A DNA stretch of 64,000 nucleotides from Mobula hypostoma (Eukaryota), in assembly GCF_963921235.1 (NCBI RefSeq), contig NC_086105.1, forward strand, positions 98,332,001-98,396,000, written 5' to 3'. A program made the translations under genes and the position numbers. Each line of letters starts with the position of its first letter. The first letter of the stretch is position 1. The notes beneath the pieces are model-generated. The model did not search any database, had not been told where the DNA came from, and worked only from the letters and a program-made list of their open reading frames with translations. Positions 1-10,732 of the stretch are shown piece after piece.

Positions 1-187
1 AACCTACTCTGCACTGCCTCCAAAGCCCGTATATCGTTCCTGAAGTACGGAGACCAGAACTGCACACAGTACTCCAGGTGTGGCCTCACCAGTACCCTGT
101 ATAGTTTCAGCATGACCTCCCTGCTCGTGAATTCAATCCCCCTAAGCAATGAAGCCCAACATTCCATTTGCCTTCTTAATAACCTGT
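1..187 (-). mobile_element. CR1-clade LINE fragment (ORF2 C-terminal region)
   Basis: Reverse strand reads [25 protein letters not shown], the typical CR1 ORF2 C-terminal motif. Confidence 0.9.
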
Positions 188-194
188 TGATGGA

Positions 195-470
195 GTGGAG
201 CTGCTGGACAAAATGGTCCCCCAATTTACGATGGACCTCACCAATGTAGAGGAAGCCACATCAGAAACACCAGACAACATAGACAACTTCAGCAGAAGTG
301 CTGTCTCACCTGGAAGGATTGTTTGAGGCCCTGAATTGGGGTGATGGAGCACTTTGGCAACTTGCTGGGATGAGTACTGGGAGGCAGGTTAGTGGTGAGG
401 GACTAATGGACAAGGAATCATGGAGGGAGTCACCCTGTGGAAAGGAAAGACATGGGGAGAGGTAAAGGTA
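195..470 (-). mobile_element. Penelope-like element fragment (GIY-YIG endonuclease remnant)
   Basis: Reverse strand reads QGLKQSFQVRQHF...[15 protein letters not shown], a PLE-type GIY-YIG motif with an internal stop. Confidence 0.75.
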
Positions 471-489
471 TGGACAACGGTGTTGCCCA

Positions 490-745
490 GCATTCTAGTT
501 CAAGAAGGGGACTAGTGAGGGAGGTTACCAAGAGACATATGACAACGCTGGAGGTGCTTCAGTGGCTGAGATGGGAGAGGCTGCACATACAACAACTGTT
601 GTCCAGGTGCAACTTTATGGGAGACTGGCAAAGAGAAAGTCACTGTTGAAAAAATCTCACATGAAATCTTGGCTTGAGTTTGCCAGAAGGCATGTGGAAG
701 ATTCTGAAGTCAGCTGGAAGAAGGTTCTATGGTCTGATGAAACAC
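490..745 (+). mobile_element. Tc1-family transposase fragment
   Basis: RRGLVREVTKRHMTTLEVLQ then LYGRLAKRKSLLKKSHMKSWLEFARRHVEDSEVSWKKVLWSDET; broken off at the first catalytic D motif (WSDE). Confidence 0.9.
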
Positions 746-969
746 AATCCCCATGGGAAGAAAAGACTATGTGCTTCCACCCTGTCCCTGCCCTTCACAA
801 TCCTGTATATCAACAGCAACGCACCCCTCAAACTCCTATAAGTCTGAGATCTCTCTGTTGCTCCGAGCTTTGGTCCTTGGTTCGTACTTACACTCTTGCT
901 CTATACTGGTTTAAAATTCTTCCCGTTTTCAGAACTGCTTCTATAGATGGAGCTAATTTGAAAGTCCAT

Positions 970-1281
970 TTCTTTTTTTTTGGTGTGTTCCTGCATGTCT
1001 GTGAGTCTGTGTGTCCGCGTCTGTGTATCCGTGCGTGCATCCGTGATGATGTCTTTTTCATGGCTTTTTTACAAGGCGCAGAGCGAGAGAGAGACTGTAT
1101 GGTACGCCATTCCTCACACAGACATTTTCACAGTATTTTCCCTTTTATTCTTACAACACTCTCTCAACACCCAACCCGGCACGGATGGAAAGCATACTCG
1201 GGAGCATACCCGACTAGTTTCGAACCTGGGAACCTCCACTCCCGGGTCCAGCACCGATGTCATTGTGCCACCAGCCGGCCC
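970..1281 (-). mobile_element. tRNA-derived SINE with A-rich tail and 12-bp TSD
   Basis: Perfect TSD TTGAAAGTCCAT at 958-969 and 1282-1293; minus-strand head GGGCCGGCTGGTGGCACAATG (A box) ... GGTTCGAAAC (B box); T-run at 970-981 is the A tail. Confidence 0.85.
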
Positions 1282-1677
1282 TTGAAAGTCCATCTCAATG
1301 TCGTATATGATCCTCACTAACCTAGGCTGGAAATGCATGCACCAATTTACCCTGCAGCGTGTGATCCTGAAACGGCAAAGTTTTGATAGCACAAGTCTTT
1401 CATGCCAACTGTATATTTGCTATTTGCTTCTCTTGACATTAAACTTACAATTCTCAGCACAAATTGATTTTGTACTTTTCTATTACTTTGTAAAACAGAA
1501 TATCAGTTTTCCTATTTGGTATAAATAGGTTTGCCACTGGAATGTAGGAACCTTGCCTTCTTTCTACCCATTCCAATCATTATCTACACCCTCTCCTCAG
1601 TGATGTTGTTCACCCAAAGAAACTTTTCCATCCTTTTGATGAATGATTTGAAAAATCATCCACTGTGGAATCTAATC

Positions 1678-2270
1678 TAATCCCAGTGCCAAAGAAAAAC
1701 ATGGGTACATGCCTTAATGACTACTGACTGGTGACTTTGACACCCACTATCATGAAGTACTTTGAGAAACTAGTTGTGTCACACACCAATTCCGGCCTTC
1801 CAGCACCGCGATCCACTGCAATTCACCTATCACCAAAAAAAAGCTTTTAAAAAATCAACCACCGAGGCTATCTCCCTGGTCCTACATCAGACTCCTGCTT
1901 ATCAATGTTAAATCTGCCTTCAGTACCATATTTCTAAACAAACTCACTCCAAACTCCTAGACATAGGATCCTGCTCCACCAGCTGAAACTGAATCCTTGA
2001 TTTCCTGACCAACAGGCCACATTCACTGAGAATAAGCAGCAACACAATTATCCTCACACGTATTTGCACCACACTTTCTCTGTAGCTGCCACATTGTATT
2101 CTGCATTTTGCATTTGTTTTCTTTTTACTACTCCGGTTTACTTACGCATTGCATGATCTGCAAGGTTTAGCGTGGGCCAGATGGGCTGAATGGCCTGTTT
2201 CTGTTCTGCAATGTCCTATGATTCTAAATATAAGCTTTTCACTTCTTCTTGATACACATGGCAATAATAA
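1678..2270 (+). mobile_element. Degraded Rex1/Babar LINE (RT fragments and 3' tail) with an embedded CR1 3'-end fragment (~2160-2226)
   Basis: IPVPKK..TCLNDY*LVTLTPTIMKYFEKLV, DPLQFTY and ILDFLTNRP motifs. Confidence 0.8.
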
Positions 2271-2442
2271 ACCGATGACTTTGTTAATGATTGTCAATGA
2301 TTTTAATTATCTGAAACTAGTCTGTTATATTGTAATGCTCATTACACTGACAATTGCTTGGCTTGACATCTTACTTCACTCAATTTCACTACTTTTTTCA
2401 TGGTCTCACGCTTACTACTGCTCATCAGATTTGTTACAATTA

Positions 2443-2752
2443 GCAGCACAGTAGCGAAGCAGTTGGCACATCACTTTACAGAGCCAGCCGTCTCCGATTT
2501 GAGTTCAATTCCCACTTGCTTCTAAGGAATTTGTAAGTTCTCCCCATGACCACGTGGGTTTCCTCTGGGTGTGCCGGGTTTCCTCCCACATTCCAAGCAC
2601 GTACGAGTTAGGGTTAGTAATTTGTGGGTATGCTATACTGGAACCAGAAGTGTGGTGACATCTCCAGCTGCCCGGTCCTCACCGATTGCTTTATGCAAAT
2701 AATGCATTTCACTGCATGCTTCGATGTACATGTGGCAAATAAAGCTAATCTT
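2443..2752 (+). mobile_element. V-SINE-type tRNA-derived SINE
   Basis: tRNA-like head with B box GAGTTCAATTCC; V-domain core TTCTCCCCATGACCACGTGGGTTTCCTCTGGGTG..GGTTTCCTCCCACATTCCAA. Confidence 0.8.
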
Positions 2753-3459
2753 CTCCTGAATTAATCACAAGCTTCAAATCCCCTTCCAACAGAGGTAACT
2801 GGCCCCTGTCTTTGCTCTCCTTGTTGTCAGTGTCAAGCACAGATGGTCCATGAGTTCCTAACCTCTACTGAAGTCCAATACGGAGGGTTCCGACTTAATA
2901 CATGTCAGATGCAAGTATGCGTTGTTAATTCAAGAGCTCTTCACAAACCCCTCCTCCGGAACTTTCCACAGTTGTCATTGCAATCTAGACCACAGGTAGT
3001 CACAATCCTCAGAAGAGTGGCACACAATCATTATTAACATCTTATTTTAAGTCTGTAAGCCAATACCATCCAAAATTTCTGACAGTCTTGGTCCAATTAT
3101 CAATAATTGATTTCCAGAGGTTTGGTAAGAGTGACTAAACTTGACTTCAATTAATTATCTGACCACGTGTGGCATCAAGGAGCCATAGTGAAACTGAAGG
3201 CAAGGAACTTCAGTCAATATTTCAGTGGCAGGACCCTTTCACTAGAAATGGCCCTTTCTCAAATCGAATGGGGGGTCCCAAGTTCAAAATGTTAACTCTT
3301 TCTCTCCCCACAGAATCTGCTGAGCTGCTGAATGCTTCCAGCACTCTCTGTTCTAACAAGAAGTCACCTCCATCCCACAAAGACTGTCTGAGCTGCCGAG
3401 TGCCACCAGGTTTATTGTCTTGCTGAGAACGGTGTTTGTGTTCCCCCTCAGTTCCTGGG

Positions 3460-4746
3460 TGTTGTGTTCTTATATTTATACATACCACGGGTTAACAATA
3501 GAGAAACATATTCTGGAAGAATTAGAACTTTTATTTACAGCGACGAAACCAAACCACATTTTTACCAACCCATGTTCCAGAAAATCCTAACGTTTCTGTG
3601 TGTGTTCAGAACTCTCTCTTCAGAATGTTCTTACACGTGATATCACCACAGCTTCCTTTCCTTAAAAAGAAAGTTTAATTTATTATGTAAGAGATATTTT
3701 TGTTAACTGTATTTATTTATATTTGCTGTAAGCTGTCACATGTGTAAAGTTAACTTCATGTTGTCTTCTGGGGCTGTGGACACATGGCGGCAGCCCCCAC
3801 CCCCACCCCGGGTCATTGCATCCTTCCACATCTTGGGCTCAGCCACTCATGCGAGCATTGTCATTCACAGGGTGGCCATCTCCTCGACCCTGCATGTGAG
3901 GGCTCCAATTTCCTTCAACATCCCAGAGCAGTGTGGGTTCGTAGGTTGATTGGGTGTGGTAACTTGTCCCTAGTGTGTGAGTGAGGGGCAGAATCTGGGG
4001 TTGTTGGTGGGAATATGGGAGAGTAAAATAGGGTGAGTGTAAATGGGTAGTTGATGGCTGGTACAGGTGATGGGCCAAAGGGCCTGTTTTCTTCTTCTGT
4101 GACACAATGACTGATTGTTTAGTTGCAGTTGCTGTGACATTAATTCTAACTCTTAGCATTTATAAAGCTCCTTTAGCCTGGTAAAACATCACAGGAATAT
4201 TATTTTACAATGTTTGGCAGGGGCTACAGAAAGAGATATTTGGACAAATAAACAAAATCTTGTTCGAGGAGACAAGGACACTGATGGAGAGGTTTCAGGA
4301 GGGAATACTAAGCTGTGGGCTTCGCAGTGGCTGCCCCCGATTAAACTCAGGGATCACTGAGAAGGTAAATCTGGGGAAGAGTGTGTTTGTAAACCAAGTT
4401 ACCTATGAGGGTTTGTGGTTTCCCTAAAGCATGTGGTATTGTGGTTGAGTGATTGGTAGTTTAGATAGAATATTGAAGGAGTTAAGATAGTTACAGAGTA
4501 TCAGAACCTCCTTCATTTATACAATTTTCTGGCATTGAATCCCACTTCTGACACCATGTTGTGTTCTTATATTTATATGTACTGTGGGTTAACAATAGAG
4601 AAACATATTCTGGAACAATTAGAACTTTTACTTACAGCAACAAAACCAAACCACGTTTTTACCAAGCCATGTTCCAGATCATTCTAACATATCTGCGCAT
4701 GCTCAGAACTGTCTCCAATCACGTTCTTACATGTGATATCACCACA
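3460..4746 (-). mobile_element. Non-coding miniature LTR retrotransposon (TRIM-like); LTRs at 3460-3650 and 4557-4746
   Basis: Two ~190-bp TG..CA direct repeats; TSD CTGGG (3455-3459 and 4747-4751); PBS TGGTGTCAGAAGTGGGATTC matching the tRNA-Leu 3' end at 4537-4556; PPT AAGGAAAGGAAG at 3652-3663. Confidence 0.88.
3850..4105 (+). mobile_element. Degraded V-SINE inside the miniature LTR element
   Basis: Degraded V-domain (GCTCCAATTTCCTTCAACATCCCA...GTAGGTTGATTGG) and CR1-like tail GATGGGCCAAAGGGCCTGTTT. Confidence 0.6.
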
Positions 4747-4957
4747 CTGGGGAAATGGTTCATCCACAAGCAATGTAGGTCTGTGGAGGAAGGCTGAGTC
4801 AAGGAAGGTCTTTCCAGCCCATCCCCCTTCACCCTGTTCATTCTCATCTAGTCCTGCATGGTTTCACCACATATTCTCTGCTTCCTTTTACTGAAGTTTC
4901 TCTATGCGATGACAGGCCTAGATAGATGCAGAGCGAGAAACCCGCTGGAACACTCTG

Positions 4958-5138
4958 CAACACACTCTAAATGCTGGAGGATCTCAGCAGGCCAGGTAGC
5001 ATCTAGGAAAAGGGTACAGTCGACATTTCGGGCCAAAGGGTTTCTCCATTCCGAGATGCAGCCCGGCCTGCTGAGTTCCTCTAGCATTTTGTGTGTGCTG
5101 CTTGGATCTCCAGCATCTGCAGATTTTCTCTTGTTTGT
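4958..5138. repeat. Penelope-derived palindromic repeat
   Basis: AAATGCTGGAGGATCTCAGCAGGCCAGG ... CCGGCCTGCTGAGTTCCTCTAGCATTT inverted arms; same family as 8251-8685 and 39441-39580. Confidence 0.75.
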
Positions 5139-6131
5139 GACCGGAACACCTTGCGTTGCCCAGACGCTCACACTACATCTCAATGTACGTGTCAGATCCA
5201 GAACTGTATGGTGAAAGATGCTGGTGTTTGACAGACTCTGCAACGATCTTGGAACCTCCTACTGTGAGCTTTCAACAGGAGAAACCTCATTCCTTCCCAA
5301 ATCTAGACAGGTTGACAGTGCAGACTGTTTCCATTGGCACTGATTTACAACTGAGGAATGGTGAAGAGAGAGAGAGCCACTGTTAAATACTCTGACATCT
5401 GTCTAAACACTGGCATAGAGCAGATAGCAACCCATTTATAATAATCATTTAATGTAGGGGATAAAATAATGGACAGAGCAGTAGTAGGAACTCACTAACT
5501 GCTTGGCAGCTCATATATCCAATTGGGATTTTCAAGGTTTATATTTTAATTTCCTTCTCCAATGTAGGACTTGGATGATAAAATGATATTATTACAGGAA
5601 ACCAGTCAGGGCCTTTATTCTCATCAGCCTGTAACCCAGAGTCTTCCACATATCCTCACCCCAAATCCCTTGATAACCTCATCATCAAAATTCTTCTAAC
5701 TATCTGCAATCTTCCAAAACAATTTTTTATAATATTAATGATCTGTTTTGGCAATTGTTAATAATTTTCAAAAGCAGTGCATGCCTCCCATAACTTGTTA
5801 CAGCAGCCTGACTGCCATTCTACATTTCTTTAAGCCTAACCTATCCACCACTACATCCTGCACCCTCACCGTCACCCTCCGCTCATACAAATGTCCCTCA
5901 TACTACGTGACAGCCTTTGTCCTTCCAGTTTCATTGCCTATGCTGCTACAATCTCACTTTTCTCCACCTATCCTGCACCTTCCCATCTGTATTCCTTGAC
6001 CTGTTAGCTTTCAGAATCAGGATTAATAACACTGGCATATGTCATGAAATTTGTTGTTATGCGGCAGCAGTACAGTGCAATACATGATAGTTAAAAACTG
6101 TGAATTACAGTAAGAAGTATATATATATACA

Positions 6132-6920
6132 CAGTAAGTCCCTGGGTTACGAACATCTGACTTACGGACAACTCTTACTTACGAGCGGACTGCCATAAAA
6201 CCTATTATGTTAAAAACTTGAGTTAAATACAATGGTTCATAATAATGAACGCATGCACTACTTTGTGACGCTCATGAAAACATTGTGCGGGTTTAGCGGT
6301 TCATCGGCTCGAGGAAGGAGAACGCTGTCCAACATTTTAAGTCAGATCACATTGCCGTTAACACTGTGTTGAGTGTGTAACTGTGTATTTGGCTTAAATT
6401 TTTCTCTTATTTGCCCTTGTAACCATGCCTCCAAAGTGTAAATCCAATGCAAGTGCTGGTGATGCATCAAAGAAAAGGAAAACAATCACAATTGAAAATA
6501 AATTGGAAATAATAAAGCGATCGGAAAGTGGTGAAACACTATCGGTCATTGGAAAAGCGTTAGGCTACAGTCGGTCAACGATCCGAACAATTTTAAAGGA
6601 TAAAGTGAGAATAATGGAGCACGTGAAAGGCCCTGCCCCGATGAAAGCTACAGTTATTACTAAGCAACGCTGTGGTTTAATTATTGAAATGGAAAAGCTA
6701 TTGATAATTTGGTTAGACGTTCAAAATCAGCGTAATATGCCTATTAGCCTTACTTTAGTGCAAGAGAAGGGTCAAAGCCTTTTCAATGATTTAAAAGCTG
6801 CCAAACATTTGACTAACTGATACTAAATAAGAACCGTATGTACCTGTTCTGACTTACCTACAAATTTGGCTTAAGGACAGACTTAGGAACGGATCTGGTC
6901 CGTAACCTGGGGACTGCCTG
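6132..6920 (+). mobile_element. Internally deleted Tigger/pogo DNA transposon
   Basis: TIRs CAGTAAGTCCCTGGGTTACG / CGTAACCTGGGGACTGCCTG; TA at the right flank; inserted in the (TA)n tract of a Rex tail. Confidence 0.88.
6425..6820 (+). CDS. Truncated Tigger/pogo transposase: N-terminal CENP-B-type HTH DNA-binding region only, no DDE domain
   Basis: 131-aa ORF from an ACCATG start: KKRKTITIENKLEIIKR..GETLSVIGKALGYSRSTIRTILK...MEKLLIIWLDVQNQRNMPISLTLVQEK. Confidence 0.75.
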   Translation: MPPKCKSNASAGDASKKRKTITIENKLEIIKRSESGETLSVIGKALGYSRSTIRTILKDKVRIMEHVKGPAPMKATVITKQRCGLIIEMEKLLIIWLDVQNQRNMPISLTLVQEKGQSLFNDLKAAKHLTN

Positions 6921-8250
6921 TACATAAAAAGTTAGTACAAAAAAAAGTAGTCAGGTAGTGTTCATAGGTTCAATGTCCATTCAGAAATCTGATAGTGGAG
7001 GGGAAGATGCTGTTCCTGAATCGCTGAGTGTGTTCCTTCAGGCTCCTGTACTTCCTCCCTGATGGTAGCAATGAGAAGAGGGCCTGTCCTGGGTGATGGG
7101 GGTCCTCAATGATGGGTGCCGCCTTTTTGAGGCATCATTCCTTGACGATGTCCTGGATACTACGGAGGTTTTTGCCCATGATGGAGCTGACTGACTTCAC
7201 AACTTGCTGCAGCTTCTTTCAATCCTGTGCAGTAGCACCCCACCCCCCACCCAAACCGGATGGTGATGCAGCCAGTTAAAATGCTCTCCACAGAGCACCT
7301 GTAGAGATTTTCTAGTGTCTTTGGTGACGTTCCAAATCTCCTCAAGCTCCTAATGCAATGTAGCCTCTGTCATGCCTTCTTTGTAGCTGCATCGATATGT
7401 TGGGCCAAGATGATCCTCAGAGATGTTGACTCCCGGGAACCTGAAATTGCTCACTCTTTCCTTCTATGATCACTCTATCAGAATTAGTGTGTGTTCCCTT
7501 GTCTTACCCTTCCTGAAGTCCACAATCAATTCTTTGGTCTTCCTGATGTTGAGTGCCAGGTTGTTGCTGCAACACCACTTAACCAGCTGATCGATCTTAC
7601 TCCTGTACGCCTCACCATCACCGTCTGAAATTCTGCCAACAATAGCTGTATTGTCAGCAAATTCACAGATGGCATCCACCCCTCTTCCTCCTTCTCATCT
7701 ACATTTTTGTAGATGAGACCATACCTTTCACCAGCTCTTTCTCAACTGCAGACCTCCTGATGTTTGGACCTTACCATTTTCCACTCCTCTCCTGCATCTT
7801 ATCTGTACTCTTTCTGCTGTTAGGACCTTATTTTTCCCCACCTTCTCCTTTTGGTTCATCTACATTCTTTGAGCTGCCAGGGCTTTACCTTTCCCTGTAT
7901 CTCCTCAACTTTCTTGTCTGGACTGACAGGCTGACTTGTTTAGAGATTTAAGGATAGAGAACAACAAATTGGGTGTATTAGAGTGAAATCGTGTACAGAA
8001 TTACAAACTGAGTTTTACTGATTGGCATCTTGTATCTCCTCCCAGCATCAACCTTCTATTCTCCTAGAAGTCACCCGTACTAGTAACTAATCCTGACTAA
8101 GAGCTATCCCCCCAGTGAAAACCAGCTCATGATTGCTCACTGGGGGGAGATGTTCAACGGGAAGTTTTGCTGCATATTGCATCCATTCTGCACTTAACCC
8201 AAGAGTGTTCAGAGTCTCAGTGCTGAGAGAGCTTGATTCTGTATCTAACC

Positions 8251-8685
8251 GTAAACACGAGGAAATCTGCAGATGCTGGAATTTCAAGCAACACACATAA
8301 AAGTTGCTGGTGAACACAGCAGGCCAAGCAGCATCTATAGGAAGAGGTACAGTCGACGTTTCGGGCCGAGACCCCCTCACTATACCCCTTGCGCATCCTC
8401 TGGTTTTTCCCCCCCCCTCCCCCTTTTCTTTCTCCCTAGGTCTCCTGTCCCATGATCCTCTCATATCCCTTTTGCCAATCAACTGTCCAGCTCTTGGCTC
8501 CATCCCTCCCCCTCCTGTCTTCTCCTACCATTTCGGATCTCCCCCTCCCCCTCCCATTTTCAAATCTTTTACTAGCTCTTCCTTCAGTTAGTCCTGACGA
8601 AGGGTCTCGGCCCAAAACGTCGACTGTACCTCTTCCTAGAGATGCTGCCTGGCCTGCTACGTTCACCAGCAACTTTGATGCGTGT
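8251..8685 (+). mobile_element. Penelope-like element terminal fragment (inverted plus direct pseudo-LTR arms) with 14-bp TSD
   Basis: TSD TTCTGTATCTAACC at 8237-8250 and 8686-8699; arm ~8290-8374 is the inverse of ~8602-8685; pyrimidine-rich tract between the arms. Confidence 0.82.
8589..8626 (+). ncRNA. Minimal type I hammerhead ribozyme motif (core G12 mutated to A)
   Basis: TAGTC-CTGACGA-A-GGGTCTCGGCCC-AAAAC-GTC-GACTG; the inverted copy at 8350-8374 keeps GAAAC. Confidence 0.7.
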
Positions 8686-8942
8686 TTCTGTATCTAACCT
8701 GTGTTTTTCCTGGAAACACAAGAGACTACAGGTACCAGAATCTTGACCAGATGAAAGGTCTCCACCTGAACATTGACTGTGCATTTCCCACTACAGGTGC
8801 TGTCTGACCTGCTGTGTTTTATGTACATGTGAGGTTCTGCCCAGAGAGTGTAAAGGGAGCTGCTCTGAAATGTTTAATGAACGCAAATAGTGCCAAACTG
8901 ACTCTGTGCAGCAATTACTTCAGAGAGGGGAGAGTAATTCTC

Positions 8943-9362
8943 AAGAATGTAAAAATATAGGAGCAGGAGTCGGCTACCTGGCATTCAATATGATCATGGC
9001 TGATCTGTGCTGGCCTCAAATCTCATTCTGTGCCAATTCGCCACAGCCCTAAATAGGTTTTCCCCGGGTGCTGTGTTCAATCGTTCAAATTTTTGTCCCT
9101 CTCCGCCTTAAGTGTATGTAAGGATTTGGAGAAGTAATTACAGAGGTTTCTTCAAAGAGAAGAAACTTCTATGCACTACAGTTTTAAATAACCATTGCCT
9201 TGTATTGTAACTATGTCCCCTCAATCATGGCTCTCTCAGTGATGTCAAATCCCCTTAGGAACTTACGTGTTTGAATATGGTCACCTCTCATTCTTCTAAA
9301 CTCCAACGAATGCCCAAACTTGTCCATCTCTCTTGATCAGACATCCTTCTCACCCCAGGATT
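8943..9362 (-). mobile_element. Degraded CR1 LINE 3' end
   Basis: CR1 3' UTR signature ATAGGAGCAGGAGTCGGC...ATGATCATGGCTGATCT and GGTCACCTCTCATTCTTCTAAACTCCA. Confidence 0.75.
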
Positions 9363-9469
9363 TCAGTGTATGTTTAAGAACTGCGTGTACTCCATGGTGT
9401 GACTAATGTATGTGAAGATACAGAGCGAAGTAGCCTTTCTGGCGCTTTGAGCTGCAACCCTCGACAACC

Positions 9470-9690
9470 CTCATTTAATCCTAACCTAATCACAGGACAA
9501 TTTACAATGACTAACTAATCTACCTGACACATCTTTGGACTGTGGGAGGAAACCAGAACACTCAGGGAAAACCTATGCACTCCACAGGGAAGACAGACAG
9601 AGATTCTTTGCAGATGACGCTGGAATTGAACTCGGAACCCTGACACCCTGAGCTGTCATGGTGTCACACTAACCGCTACGCTACAGTGAC
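9470..9690 (-). mobile_element. V-SINE-type SINE
   Basis: Reverse V-domain TCTTTGGACTGTGGGAGGAAACCAGAACAC and tRNA head GGAATTGAACTC...AACCGCTACGCTAC. Confidence 0.8.
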
Positions 9691-10224
9691 ATCCAATATG
9701 CAGTCAGACTAGACACGACTGCTACTAACCTTCAATGCAGATGTTTCTGCGATGTTGTCCCCCTTACATGGCTCCAAATCAACAGGCAGAAGTGCTTCCC
9801 GAGGCCACTTTGGCACTGAGTTGGGGCGTTACTACTGAGGGGTGAGTGAGGCAGTGATCCAGTGGGGCTAATGCAGAGCAAGGCTCCTCAGGCAGAGCTG
9901 GGAAGAAGCAGGCAGCAGACATGGTATACGCAACGCTTTGCCGAAGGGATATGAGCGGACTCTGCCGCTTGTCCGCTCTGGCGAGTGCTCCCGAGGGTGA
10001 ACAGCACGGCGTGACTCCAGGGAGGACAGAGAACAGGGGAGTGTGGACGTTTGCAAGAAAAGACCCATTGTGAAGGATGTAGCTGTCAGTAAAGGTGGAA
10101 GTCTCCCACTCAGAAGTGGGTATGGCTGTTGAACAGTCTCGTTGGGTTTCTGCAGACAGGGTAGACAATGAGAAACCCAAATGCTTACTGGCATCTACAG
10201 CAGATCTGCAGAAGATAGAGGGAG

Positions 10225-10732
10225 CAAATTGGTTTACTATTGACACATGTACCGAGGTACAGCGGCAAACATTGTTTGACATCCAGATCGTTGAATCACA
10301 TCAGTGCATTGAGGAGTACAACAGAAACCAATAACAGAATGCAGAATAAGGTGTTACGATAACAGAGGGAATGCAATGTAGGCGGATATTAAGGAACAAA
10401 GGCAGACATTAAGGAACAGGATAGAATTGTTAATCAAGGGTCCATCTGATCATACTAGAGAATCATTCAATAGTCTTATAATAGCAGAATAGAAGCTGTT
10501 CCTGAGACTGATGGCACGTATTTTCAGGCTTTTGTATTTTCTGCCCAATGGAGGGAAGAAGAAAGAATGAAGGATGGGTGGAAACTTCAATGACATTGGC
10601 TGATTTACTGAGGCAGTGAGAAGCACAGGCAGAGTCCGTGGAGGGGAGGCTGACTTCCATGATGTGCTGAGTTGCGTCCAGAACTCTCTGCAGTTTCTTG
10701 CAGTCACTGGGGAAGCTGTTGCCTCGAGCATT
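10225..10732 (-). mobile_element. Rex1/Babar LINE 3' end
   Basis: LGRKYKSLKIRAISLRNSFYSAIIRLLN C-terminal motif plus tail. Confidence 0.75.

Larger units (their letters stand above)
6011..7678 (-). mobile_element. Rex1/Babar LINE 3' portion, interrupted by a Tigger element
   Basis: EFADNTAIVGRISDGD, LALNIRKTKELIVDFRK and LYRCSVESILTGCIT motifs; 3' tail TCAGAATCAG at 6011. Confidence 0.88.

Noticed and set aside
562-1320. 252-aa ORF as a real gene
   Set aside because: Chance fusion of a Tc1 transposase fragment, spacer DNA and an antisense SINE.
4537-4556. tRNA-Leu gene
   Set aside because: Only the 3'-terminal 20 nt including CCA are present, abutting an LTR, so it is a primer-binding site.
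8107-8148. 12-bp hairpin TCCCCCCAGTGA...TCACTGGGGGGA as a terminator or pre-miRNA
   Set aside because: Intrinsic terminators do not apply in this context and the stem is too short for a pre-miRNA; there is no other support.
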